A DNA stretch of 63,395 nt, counting the filler, from Reticulomyxa filosa (taxonomy: Eukaryota; Protista; Foraminifera), in assembly GCA_000512085.1 (NCBI GenBank). It is 13 parts of 13 records of this genome, joined end to end, with 100 filler letters (N's around TTAATTAATTAA, not from the genome) between each part and the next. Parts side by side here need not be neighbours in the genome. Positions count along the whole stretch, not along the records: positions 46,543 to 55,633 come from ASPP01004485.1; positions 55,734 to 61,128 come from ASPP01016115.1; positions 61,229 to 63,395 come from ASPP01010599.1; 10 more parts are not named here. One strand, 5' to 3'. A program made the translations under genes and the position numbers. Position 1 is the stretch's first letter, and each line of letters begins with the position of its first letter. The notes under the pieces were generated by a model. That model did not search any database, was not told the DNA's origin, and saw only the letters and a program-made list of their open reading frames with translations. Positions 51,387-62,954 of this stretch are shown in pieces.

Positions 51387-53548
51387 ATGGCATACAACTG
51401 GTTCCTCGTCTTAGTTGCCGTCGGCCTAACCGTCGGCCTTCTTGTGGGTATTGGGGTGATAATGGTCTACTTTGGCCATCCTGATGACAGTGTTGGGGCA
51501 TGGATTCCAAAAGTAATTGTCGTTAAGTATTTTTTATAGTTAACATTTCTTTTTTTTTGGGTTTTTTTTTTTGGGTGATGCCCCTGACCTACCCCCCCTC
51601 TATATGACTTGTAACCCCTAAACATAGCTGCTATCGCTATACTTTGCATGCGCCAATGTGTTGTTATTACCACTGGATGTTGCTAACGCACAAACGGCAG
51701 GAGGATTGAATATGAACCTTGCATGGGAGTTCGCTGTGTGGGCGACCGCGATCTTGTTGTTCTTTATCATTCCATTTGCCTACTTTTATTACGAAAACGA
51801 CAGCGACCCGTATGTTCCTTTTCTTTTTTTTTTAAACGTATAAACAAGGAAAAAATGGGGGAAACAACAAAAAAAAAAAGGGATGAACAAAAGGGTTGTT
51901 GGTCATCACAAATCTGTGAGGGTGTGAAATGGGCAATCGGCTTTTTAGGAGTATTCAGCTTGGTATTAATATTGATGTGGGCATTTTTGCATCAAGCAGA
52001 TTTGCCAGTGACCTATCGAGGTTTTGCTTGGAACTCACCTGATTTACGAGTACATCATTCCATAACGGAGAATATTAAAGACGGAACTTCATTTGGCTAC
52101 TGTGTCACTGCTGAAGGGGTACATATCTGTTTATTCGTTCGTTTGTTTGTCGGTTTATATTTATTTATTTTTTTATAATATATATATATATAGTTTTTTT
52201 TTATGGAAAAATGTGATTGTTGTGATGGGGGTGAAAAAAACATTGTTTAGTGTGGGAAGAAACATTTGACGTTGCATGTCCAAGTTACAATTGGCGTGTT
52301 CTTGATGGCCATGTTGTCATTTTTGGGATGGTTTTTGTTTTGTGTATTTGCGGGCATTGGATTGGTCGCATTACCAATTGATTTGTTCAATTCGTGGAAA
52401 CATCGTCCTAAACCAATCCCATTGGATAAATACGCCGAGGAAAAGAGAAAAATTGGACAACGCGCAGCCATGTTGAGAGAGGCTGGTAATGAAATTCGAA
52501 AGGACGAACTCAACGCATTGGGAAGAAAAACCTCCCGAAAAGAAAAACGAGAACTGACTGAAACTTTCCATCGCTTTGAAAACGTTTTGTTTTTGTGCTC
52601 AAAAAAAAAAAAAAAAAAAACAACAAAACAACCGTGCACATAATGCAATGTATTTAAACACACTTGCACATTATCTTTACACACACATACACATACACGA
52701 TAGGCGGTGTACATGTTGAAACGTGATTATTATCATTTGGAAGTTGCTTACAAATTGAGAGGAGGAAACCCATTCTGGTCCTGGATCAAGTTTTTGATGG
52801 CATTCATTGGGTGAGTTGTTGTAAATTTGTATTTGTGAAGTTGTTGTTATTGTTGAAAGGGATGAAAGTAAACGTGTGTTGTTTCTCACTCATTTGTCAC
52901 GGCAAACAGGGGATCGATGTCATTGATGTGGATCATCCATATTGTATTATTTATGTTGCCAAAAGAGCCAGTAACACCATTTTTAAATAATTTGTTGACG
53001 AAATTGGACGTTCCTGGCTTCCCATTGTTTGGTGTTGCTTGCTTTGCCTTTTATACCTTTTGGCTATTTGTGGCCGTGTTGAAAGGAAATTTCCGCTTTG
53101 GCTTACGCTTTGCACTTTGTCGTGCTTATCCCATGGAAGTAAACAACACTTTGATGAACGGTTTCTTGGCCAATTCTTGGTTAATGCTTTTGTGCTCTTT
53201 TGTCGTAGTCCAATTTAGTGCTACGGCTTTCCCAATCTATGCCAGAGATTCCTCTGTTGATCTCATCTTTGGAACTCAAATTCAACACTTGCGCTTTTTC
53301 AAGTATTTCTTTGAGACCAAAGTATTCTTGTATGCCATGTTGCTGTTCGTCGTTGTTGGGGTATGTTGGTCTTTTTTTATTGCTTTTCAACTTCTCAAAT
53401 CGATGTGTGTGACGTTTTTGTGACTCAGATATTCTGGATGTGCTTGAACCCTCGAAATGAATCAAAACAAGTTGAATCACAATTGAAAGATATCATGAAA
53501 GGAAGAGTGGAAGTCAGACGTAAAGACTTGGAGATGATCTCCAGATAA
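51387..53548 (+). CDS. LMBR1/LIMR family membrane protein, 7 exons
   Basis: YFGHPDD..WIPKVIV, VLLLPLDVAN, IPFAYFYYE, GWFLFCVFAGIGLVALPIDL, KGNFRFGLR..YPM..TLMNGFLAN. Confidence 0.9.
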
Positions 53549-54828
53549 TAAAGATAAATTTTTTTTGAAACAAGACACAAAGAAAGGACATTCGACTTGC
53601 AAAACAATGTCGACACCAGGCCCACCGAAAAAGAGGATTTTTGTTTCCTTTATTGAAAAATTAAAGTGGTAATTTGGGAAAATTGTTTCAATTTTCCGTT
53701 TAATTTTTTGTTTTGTTTAATGCTGTTGTTTTTCCCTCTTGTGACAAAAGCTTTTTTTTGTTTTGTGCTGTCTTGTTTTTGTGTTTTGCCGTGATGAATG
53801 TAAAATACCTGAGAAGGAAAGGGAAACTAAACAAAAACAAAAAAAAAGCATTTGTTTTTTGTTGCCTTTTTTTAACCGACTATTCGTCTTTCACTTGCAT
53901 TGCCAAGACAGATCGACACAAATAAAACATCACAAACTGATGAGTTGAAGGACTTTTTTGTTGATGTTCTTCAGAAAGATAATGATTGCAAAACTCGTTA
54001 TTATTTTAAAAACAAAAGCGACTAATAACAGTTATACAAACTGAACACGTGCAAAAAAATGTAGTCTTTGCAAAGGAAAAGATAAGTATCCGGCCTTCTT
54101 TCAAATATTCAAATAGCCTCATTGAAAAGTATGAATAAAAATTCAACCAACGAAAAAATTGTTCGTTAACAAATTTAAAAATAATGAAAAGCATACACGA
54201 ACAGCAAATTTATAATCAATTTCTACTGAAGCTTTCATTTTTTTCAGAATTACTCAGGTTAATACTAAAATTTCCAATAATCTGTGTAATACAATATTTT
54301 CCGTTTGGACGTTGCGTGTTTAAAAATGTGCGGCTGTAGAATCATATTGTTCTCTGTTTACCTTTTCATATGATATAATACACAAAAACAACTAAATTAC
54401 CAGTAAACATACAGTCTAGCTGTGGCTTGATTTTTATTGCGTTCTGTCTTTCAAATAAGTTAAAGACAATTTTTGTGCACGAAAATTCTTAAGCAACTAT
54501 TTTTTAAAAACTAAAAGACGTTGTATCTGATCACTTCAGACAATCTAGTTCAAACGTAACTTTTAAAAAGTTTATGTTGATGATAGAGGTTTTAAAAATT
54601 TTTTTATTATAGAATATTAGAATCATAAAAGAATTTTAATGAGTGCGTATTCGCAATTTATTGGGTTAAGTAATTAAAGTTTCGTTCCACCTTTTTAAGT
54701 ACAGTTATCAGGGAAAAAAGAAGCTACAACATTTTAAACAAACCACTGGCAATCTGAAATAATAAAAAAAGATAAAAGTTTTAGAAGTGCTTTTTTTAGG
54801 AGTTTGTTGAAGTAGCCTCACAATCAGT

Positions 54829-55528
54829 ATGAACATTCGAGATTCCAGCCTTCCAAATAAGGCCTATATGATGAATGATGCCATTTTTTCTGGAAATGGA
54901 ATGAACACGCAACAACACCATATGCAAATAGGTCGTGACAGCGTGTTAGATAACTCCCTGACAACACAAAATGATCTTACTTCGAAGAAGTCAATCAGTC
55001 ACAGCAAGTACGATAGGAAATCTTTGTACGATCTCCAGCAAGCCATAAAAAACAAGCACATAACAAATGTGGCATCTTTCTTGAAGTTTGTTCGGCAAAA
55101 AGCACCACCTGCTGAAAGCAGTACCCAATCGAATGTCAACAGCACAACAGAAACAGTGGATTACGGACATAAATCACTCAATTGTCAAAACGGTGATTGG
55201 GATCTTAAGTCAACTTCAGAACACGATAAAACGATGGGGCCATCAAGTAGTCAAACAGGGAACAGTAGTCCCATTCGTTATGACAAGCACACAAAGAAAT
55301 TAGTACATTGCACGGTTGGGCTCTCTGAATTGCGAATGAGTTGTCTGAAAGTATTAAAAGGACATCGACAAAGACCATCCGCAATGGATTGGAATCCAAC
55401 CAATGGCGATTTGGCCAGCGTTTCGAGAGAGGGTTTATTGATTTTCTGGGATACTTTGACCGAGTTTAAAAAATATGCAATTTTGTTAGACTGTGAATTT
55501 GTTATGACCGTCAGGTACAGTCCTTCCG
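54829..55528 (+). CDS. Divergent G-protein beta-like WD40 protein, first exon (truncated by contig end)
   Basis: KVLKGH..AMDW..LASVSREGLLIFWD..KKYAILL..FVMTVRYSPSG parallels the first WD repeats of G-beta (RTLRGH..AMHW..LVSASQDGKLIIWD..KVHAIPL..WVMTCAYAPSG). Confidence 0.75.
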
Positions 55529-55600
55529 GTACGTACACATTCATGTACAAATGATTATCAAAAGCAACAGTACCACCATATTGAAGGGGTCTTTTTTTTT

Positions 55601-55633
<33 letters not shown>

Positions 55634-56924
55634 NNNNNNNNNNNNNNNNNNNNNNNNNNNNNNNNNNNNNNNNNNNNTTAATTAATTAANNNNNNNNNNN
55701 NNNNNNNNNNNNNNNNNNNNNNNNNNNNNNNNNAATATTTACACAATAACTTGAAAATATTTAAAAATCTTTTTTATATGCAAATACAAAGAAAATACAA
55801 ACTGACAATGTCAGATAATTGATCTTGATATTTTCATTGCTGACAGGCATGCTATAGATGGCCAATGATCTGAATGTAAGCATTGACAATCTTATACAAA
55901 TTTGCTTTGCGACTATGACTACAGCTTCGATTTGTAATAATAGATAATATGTTCATTTAGCTTATTAGCTTTTTATATTTTTTAACATCATATGCTCACT
56001 TTAATATATAGACAACTATTGTATTACACAAACTTGTGCTGTGAATTAATATTTTTCATATATTTGTCGATTTATATCACAGCTAGTAATCTAGAATCAA
56101 TTATCGCTGATCTATGTTATGTGATAATACAAGTATTATTTGATTTAATCAATATTTATTGTTCGTTATGATGCTGAAAATAATACATTGCCTCTGGATA
56201 TGCGCTCATGATTATACTGCTGCAAAGATTTTATCTTTTTCATAACCCCAAAAAGATATTTGCCAATAAAGTTACTGGTGTTGGATACACTTTTTTGTTA
56301 TCAGTATCGAGCGAATTCGCTTCGCTGCTTAATCACAACATTTTTATTCTATTTGTCACTGTATACTACTTGCCGTTTGAGCAAAATATATTCGCACATT
56401 TTTTTGTTGAAAGTATTATAAAGTCTTGTCGTCACGTGTATAATCGTTGATGTTGTTGTTGGATCCTCATTCTGTGTTAATATATTCTTTGAAGTTACTA
56501 GAAAATCACTAAACTCTGATGTTGATTCTATTTGGAACATTTTTTGTTTGAACATAATTCACAATAATCACCAAAAAAAGACTATGCTAGTTGTTCCCTC
56601 GTTCACTTTTGCTTTGCAAAGAAAACAAGTGAATAAGTGTAAATATCTAATGAATTATTAATTTGTAATCTTTAAAAATTTAATGTGGCCAATGTGTACC
56701 ACTTAATTCTAAAAAGAGAAATAATGTTCGTAGTCTTTAGACAATAATAACACAGAATAAAATTGAAAGAAAAAAAACGAATGACAGCAATTGGAAGGAG
56801 CTTATCCTTGTGTGTGCAGTTTCATGAGCATATGCACATACACTTTGTCATCACCCTCAAAAATCTGTAAAAACAAAAATTTATACTTTTGAATAATATC
56901 GTTTGTTTGATCGTAGAATAGTGC

Positions 56925-57797
56925 CTATGACCCAATGAAACCTTTTCTTTCTAATAGCATAAAGGAATGCTTTTTGACAGCCGCAGCCATTTGGGTATGA
57001 ATGCTATTAATGCCTTTTTTTGCAAATGACAAAAGTTTCTCCATTTGTGACAAGGGGAGAACGGATTGCATTTCCAGTGTGACAATCTCTCCCGAATTTG
57101 GCATCATAGCCACCGTCACAATCCCATTGCACATTTCAAGTCCACTCTCATTCCCTTCCGATATATTGGTAGAAGAATATGAACTGTGTTTCGATAAATT
57201 TTTTTCTTGCTGATTTAAGTCGACAATGCCTTGCAATCCACTGAACATTATATGATCTGTTTTAGCTCCTGTTTTATTTGTTTGTTTCAATGATCTCGTC
57301 GATTTTGCAATAAATCCGGCCGAACATGCGACAACATAATCTTTCATACATATTCCAGCATTTATCAATGCCAGACAGGCTGCATTGATTGCTGCACTAT
57401 TGATATCACCGTCATTCGTTAGTATTTCAATGCAAATATCAATACTCGATTTTGCGTAGAGATTTGTCATTACTGCACATTGAAATGTTTGCGCAATTAA
57501 ATCACCCAATAAACGATCCCTTCGACGAAATTTATTGGCTTGGCGATGGTCAGACTGTGAAAATTCGCATGACTGTACACGACATGTTATTGTCGCCCCG
57601 TCTTCATTCACTCGGGCTGCTTTTGTACTTGCTTGACGGGGGCCAAACACTGTTGCTATCACGTGAGTTGCACCCAGTCGGAATTCAGCACTTCCATCAG
57701 CATGAGGAAAAACACATAATTTGCACTCTACTCGTCTTACTTCATGAGGTCGACGACCATCTTCCCTCAGACCTGATTCTGACAGAGATGTTGCCAT
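56925..57797 (-). CDS. RRP41: Exosome complex component Rrp41 (EXOSC4), intronless
   Basis: GLREDGRRPHEVR, ADGSAEF..GAT.VIATVFGP, SSIDICIEIL..DG, AAINAACLALINAGICMKD, DLNQQE. Confidence 0.93.
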   Translation of the reverse strand: MATSLSESGLREDGRRPHEVRRVECKLCVFPHADGSAEFRLGATHVIATVFGPRQASTKAARVNEDGATITCRVQSCEFSQSDHRQANKFRRRDRLLGDLIAQTFQCAVMTNLYAKSSIDICIEILTNDGDINSAAINAACLALINAGICMKDYVVACSAGFIAKSTRSLKQTNKTGAKTDHIMFSGLQGIVDLNQQEKNLSKHSSYSSTNISEGNESGLEMCNGIVTVAMMPNSGEIVTLEMQSVLPLSQMEKLLSFAKKGINSIHTQMAAAVKKHSFMLLERKGFIGS

Positions 57798-58385
57798 TAT
57801 ATTGATTTTTTTTTACCTGGTTTTTTCCTATTTTTAAGTAAAATTAGTGTCTGTTCACAACTTTTAGTTATCCGCCTAACAGCATTTGGTATACAGTTGT
57901 TGATGTTTTTGAAAACTATCTTTAACGTTTGCAAAACAAAAAATGGATACTTTCCATTTGGTTTTGACAATAATATAAAGGAAAATCCTTTTGTAGATTA
58001 AGAAATATTTGTCACAGTAAAAGCATACATCTCTACACCTCGAAAAAACTGCAGCTGTGATGTTAGAAAATAAATTAGTTATTTGTGAAGCTTTGTTTTT
58101 AAAATTTCTATGTCAACGAAAACAATAACATATTTTTGATAATGTATGGTTATGCTTTTGATCGTGAGTAAAGCTGTATGTAACAAAAAAAAAAGAGACC
58201 ACTAAATAACATTTGCAATTCCGTTGAAAATGCACGAATAAATTTAAACGCATATGTTCGTGTGACAACAGTATGCGTTATTTCTTTTCTTAATCGGTGA
58301 AAAAACTGGTCAAAGTGGTTACAATTCTGTTTTTTTGAAGTCGCTCTTTTGGAAGAGAGCAGGTCGAAACAATTGTATTGATAAA

Positions 58386-59893
58386 ATGGGCAATTGCTAC
58401 GATAAGCCAGTAACAGCAAACGCGAGTCTTTCTTCAATCACTCCTACTGACTTTCGACTGCCTAAAAGAAGTTTTGGAAGCGAAAGTACGGGTGTTGTTT
58501 ACGGTGATCGAAGAGCGACTCAGCCAACAGAAAATGATCACTATTCCAACGGCCTAACAACAGGCAGTGTTAATGAGAGTACTCATATGGCTCGTTCTGA
58601 ATTCAACCAAGAGGCAGCCACAGTAATTTACCAATTTTGGGTGGAGCACATTCAAAATCTGGCCAGCGAGGAAAAAACAGTTAAATAATTTTATCAAGCA
58701 CACTTGCACATAACTAAAAAAAAACTAAAAAACTACAGACAGTTGCTGTGACCTTATATGGACATTTGTTTTGTCGTTTGGGTGAATGTCGAGAGATTTT
58801 TTTGAACCGCGGCCCTGTTGAGCCAGTTGGATTTGAACTTTTAAATAGTGTACGTTGCAAACGTTTTTTTTTTTGTCTTTCCAAACAGAATACATTTTTT
58901 AGGTGTTTTTTTTAAAAAAGATTGGACATTTAATATTCTTGGTGAAAAAGAAGAGAAATGCAAAAGTGCAAATGGGAATGGCGAAGCTGAGAGCGTTTTA
59001 TGCGGAGTATGGAATTAAGTACAAGTACTACAGTTCTTTTTTACAGGCATTGCACTGTACATTTGAAGGCTGTGGTCATAATGTATATTCATTGCGAGTC
59101 AAGTTTTGCTTGGAAAGTATCTTTACAACTGCGGCAACAATGATCACAGGAAAGGATTTCTCGACCTTGTTCCGTGATCGTGTAGCTGATTTTTGGTCCT
59201 TGGAATTTTTGGATTCTTTGGATATTTGTCTAGCTCATCCCACAAGGGTTTTTTTTTTTTTTTTTTTGTGCGCAAATTTTTTTTTTTTATTCGTAACTTG
59301 TGTATCTTTTTTTTTTGTGGGATGTATTTGTACTTTTTCAGGACGCGAATATTTTGATCGGTATTTGCAGCAATCATTTTGTGAAGAGTATATGCACTTT
59401 TTACAAAGATTCATGGTGTTTAAAGGGCTAGCATCCCCACAAGAAAGGTTTGAGAAGCATCAGAAATTTATTTGATCCATTTCAGTTTGGGTGCAGGAGA
59501 GTTCATTGATCTTTCGGATAGACGGCAAATCGAAAAAGTTTTGTACATATTCTCATATTCAATCGTTTTCTGTTTCAACGTATTCTTTTTTTTCTCCTTT
59601 TTTAAACACAAAAGCCCAAACAAAAAACGGGGATAAGATACAGCTTTTTTTTTCCTTTCTTATTTATCCCTTTGAAAACAAACTAGTTAAAGCAAGATCT
59701 GCAACACTTTAAAGAATGTAGTAATGGGAAAAAATGTGCTTGCGACAAGGCCAACTCACAGTGCAATATTGAAAGTACTCTTCTCGATTGTGTTTATGCA
59801 GATGTCAAAAACGACATTGAGAAAAACATTTGGCCGCAATTTGTTAGTGCCATTCTCTCCATCAAAGAGGCCACAAGACCACAAATAATTTAA
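58386..59893 (+). CDS. Predicted N-acylated globin-fold + RGS domain fusion protein, 5 exons
   Basis: Exons 58386-58679, 58739-58849, 58921-59247, ~59341-59537, 59687-59893. MGNC start; globin pattern (IYQFW..LYGHLF..CREIF..LRAFYAEYGI..YSSFLQAL); RGS pattern (LDICLAHP.GREYFDRYLQQSFCEEYMHFL..ASEIYLIHF..IDLS..LLDCVYADV..NIWPQF). Needs two 1-nt corrections (~59247, ~59455). Confidence 0.78.
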
Positions 59894-61228
59894 CTACATA
59901 ATAGTCATGTGTTGATAAGTGCTTTCAAGTATTTGAAAAATGTTGGTGAGGCGAGGAAGAAAAAAAAATTATGAATGTACTGTTTTCTTTGAATTTTTTT
60001 TTCTTCTTTTCTCTTTCACTGTAACAAAGCTCATTTCAACACATTTGTTTTTTATTATTTGCTCGTTGTCTTTTTTTTATTCGTTTTGGGTATATTGTAT
60101 TTGCTTCCATTAAACTGTGGATATCCAAGTACACGGAAATTGTTTTGCATAGATTATATTGACTTGTCATCCTTCCACAGTTTCTGACATGATCGAAAAA
60201 AGAACCAACTTACGAATAAGAGCTTTTTTGTCTAGAACATTTACATCAATGGATGGTGCAACAAAATCTTTGTTTAAATCTCAATGTTGTAAGAAGTAAT
60301 TCAAAATGCACACGATCACAATATAATTGTGTAAAAAAAGATAACACTGCATGAATGCAAGAGAAGCTATACATCCGTTCCAGTCACAACACTTGTGTAA
60401 TCTGTTTTTTTTTACGTTCATAGGATGAGTTCTGCACATAAAAAAAATCTGCAACTCATGCGTTTCTATAGTTTCCGTTTTTACATTTTTTGTTCATATT
60501 CTGTGTTACGTTTGTGGCATTATCTTTTTTTTTGTTTCTTATTTTTCTCATTTACAAACGTTTATATACGTATTACACTTTAGTTGTTTGTTTTTGAAGT
60601 TCTTTCTTATGCAATTACATTTTAACACAACATTTTTCTTAGGCCACTTACTACATACATTACTAGGCAATTATATTGGTAAACTTTTGTCAGTAAAATC
60701 GTGTTCAACCTATCACAAAAAAGTCGTCTAAATCACCCTGCAAGCATTTGCAATTTTATCCATGAAAGCCACAATATTTTTCAAAATAATATCTATAAAT
60801 TGTGATAAATCAAAGAGCGTATTCGATTTTTAATAAACGTTTGAAAACTACGAAAAAGTTTGTTTTGCTAATGATGGATAGTGGCTTGATTTTTTTTGTT
60901 GATCACAGTTTGGTTTTTTTATTTTTGTGCGTAAATGATGTGTATTTTATGAATGATGCAAGTTTGTTTGTTTTTTTGCCGATATTGTCGTATTGTTGTT
61001 ATTGATATTAGTTTGCAAGTTAATTTTTATTTTATTGGTTTTGTGAATTATCAAAGCTTTTAAAGCTGAACTTTGGCGTTTAACTTTTGTTATTTTATTA
61101 TTTATTTTTATCAATTTAATCAACTGTANNNNNNNNNNNNNNNNNNNNNNNNNNNNNNNNNNNNNNNNNNNNTTAATTAATTAANNNNNNNNNNNNNNNN
61201 NNNNNNNNNNNNNNNNNNNNNNNNNNNN

Positions 61229-61608
61229 GATGATGATGATGTCTTCGCTTTGCTGCTTTCTGTCGTCACTTTTTCCGGCTTTTTTACCATCTTTGCATTT
61301 TTGTCGACATTCTCATTGCTTCGCATGTTCGCACGCGGAGACAACTCTTCCTCACTTGCTTCCTCTTTTGCTGGGTTATATGTCATTGATGTGTGAACTG
61401 TGTTGCTTCGCACACGCTCATGCTCGCGCTCACGTCCACGCCCTCGTCGCTGCTCTTCGCTTGCTTTTGTCGCTGGCGCGACTGCACTGCCTTTATCGCC
61501 TCTTTCCGGCTTTTTCAATGGGGAAACCTTCGACGTAGAACTCACAGGACGCGTTTTGGCGCCTAGTTTGTCAGGCTTTTTTCCTGAGAGACCTGGGCGA
61601 TTGCTCAT
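61229..61608 (-). CDS. Low-complexity charged N-terminus of an unknown protein (truncated)
   Basis: GC-richer ATG-initiated ORF running into the linker. Confidence 0.6.
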
Positions 61609-62771
61609 AATGTATTATTTTGCATATATAAAAAAAAAAAAAAAAAAGGATCTTGTCTTTTGAACCTTTAAGCGAAAAGTCAATATTTTTATAAAAATCT
61701 ATAGCCTTATGTTATTATAATCCCAAAAAAACTTATTTTTCCTTTGTTTCAACGTCTTTCGCTCACTCTCTTTTGGACCTTGTCAAGTTTTGTTTTGATT
61801 ACTACATAGGCAATATTTTGACTGTATCTCCTCCTTGAATTTTAAGTATTTTGTAGTAGACAATTATATAAGAAATATTGTCGCAGTGAAACAAGGAAAA
61901 GCAAGCTGTAAATTTGCAGTTTTATATGTGGATTTTAATAATTGAATAAAAGTTATGAAAGTGCTATCACTTTCAAATACTTCACAACTCTCACTAATTC
62001 ATAAATAACTTTATTTTTTAACAATGGTGTTTGTTCTTTTCTTTTGAGGAAGTAAAGCTGTACCAAGTTTTTTTGAAAAAAAACTAATTACCCATAATTC
62101 CAATAGACAAGATGACATCAAGATAAAAGTGCGATTATGGCTACATCAAAGCAAGGCTAAAACATTAGCACAAGAATCACAAAGGCCTTGGAAAGTTGCC
62201 GTCATCAAAAGAGGAAGCAACGGATAAAATCTCGAGTTATCGAGGTGTCTCTGGTCCAAGGACCAGAACTTAACATTGGCCAAAGAAAGCACCAGTTGGC
62301 GAGTTCTTACACGTGGTGCACTTAGCATTAATGGAGAAGTTTTAGAAGATGCAAATGGTACAACAAGACGTTGCTTAACGAAAATATTTGGAAAAGATAA
62401 TTTCCATCCCTGCGTCCTTGCTTGTACTTACCACGCCCTAAGAAAAAAAAAAATATTATCACGTGCCAGAGTATATAAGTAAGACGACGATAATTAAAAA
62501 CAAACAATGTGCGCAACTATGTAATAAGTGGTTTTTGAGAATTATTTTTTTGGGTATCTCGGTTCTCTTTTTTTTCTTGTACCCCCCATTATGTCCCCTT
62601 TCAAAAAAAAAAAAAAGTTTTTGTTTGTGAAATGAAATCTAGATTGCAAACCAGAACGACATACCTTTTCGGAACAAACATTGGCCAGGTCTTATTTTAT
62701 TTCGTTGGCCTTTTTCTATGCAAACTGGTGGCTCATAAAAAAGTGCGGTTGAAGCCTTCAATTATGGGCGT

Positions 62772-62954
62772 TTATTTCTCGGAACAGAGGAATTTCTTGG
62801 AGATTACACTTTCTGGCCGCATGACTTTTTTGACCTGCTTTTTAGTGGTCCTCGACACAAAGGGAGTCAACAACATGAGGTTGAGAACCACCAAGAACGT
62901 GCCCACTGTTTTGTGCCGTTTACTCAATTTGTTTTGATTTAAGGCACGGTGCAA
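62772..62954 (-). pseudogene. Possible 60S ribosomal protein eL34 pseudogene fragment
   Basis: KLSKRHKTV/(shift)VLGGS..KKQVKKVM resembles eL34 RLSKxxKTVxRxYGGS..EQKIVKKVL. Confidence 0.4.

Noticed and set aside
54829-59893. G-beta-like and globin-RGS genes (and the 7TM fragment) as a G-protein gene cluster
   Set aside because: They are separated by artificial linkers (55634-55733 and others), so physical linkage is unsupported.
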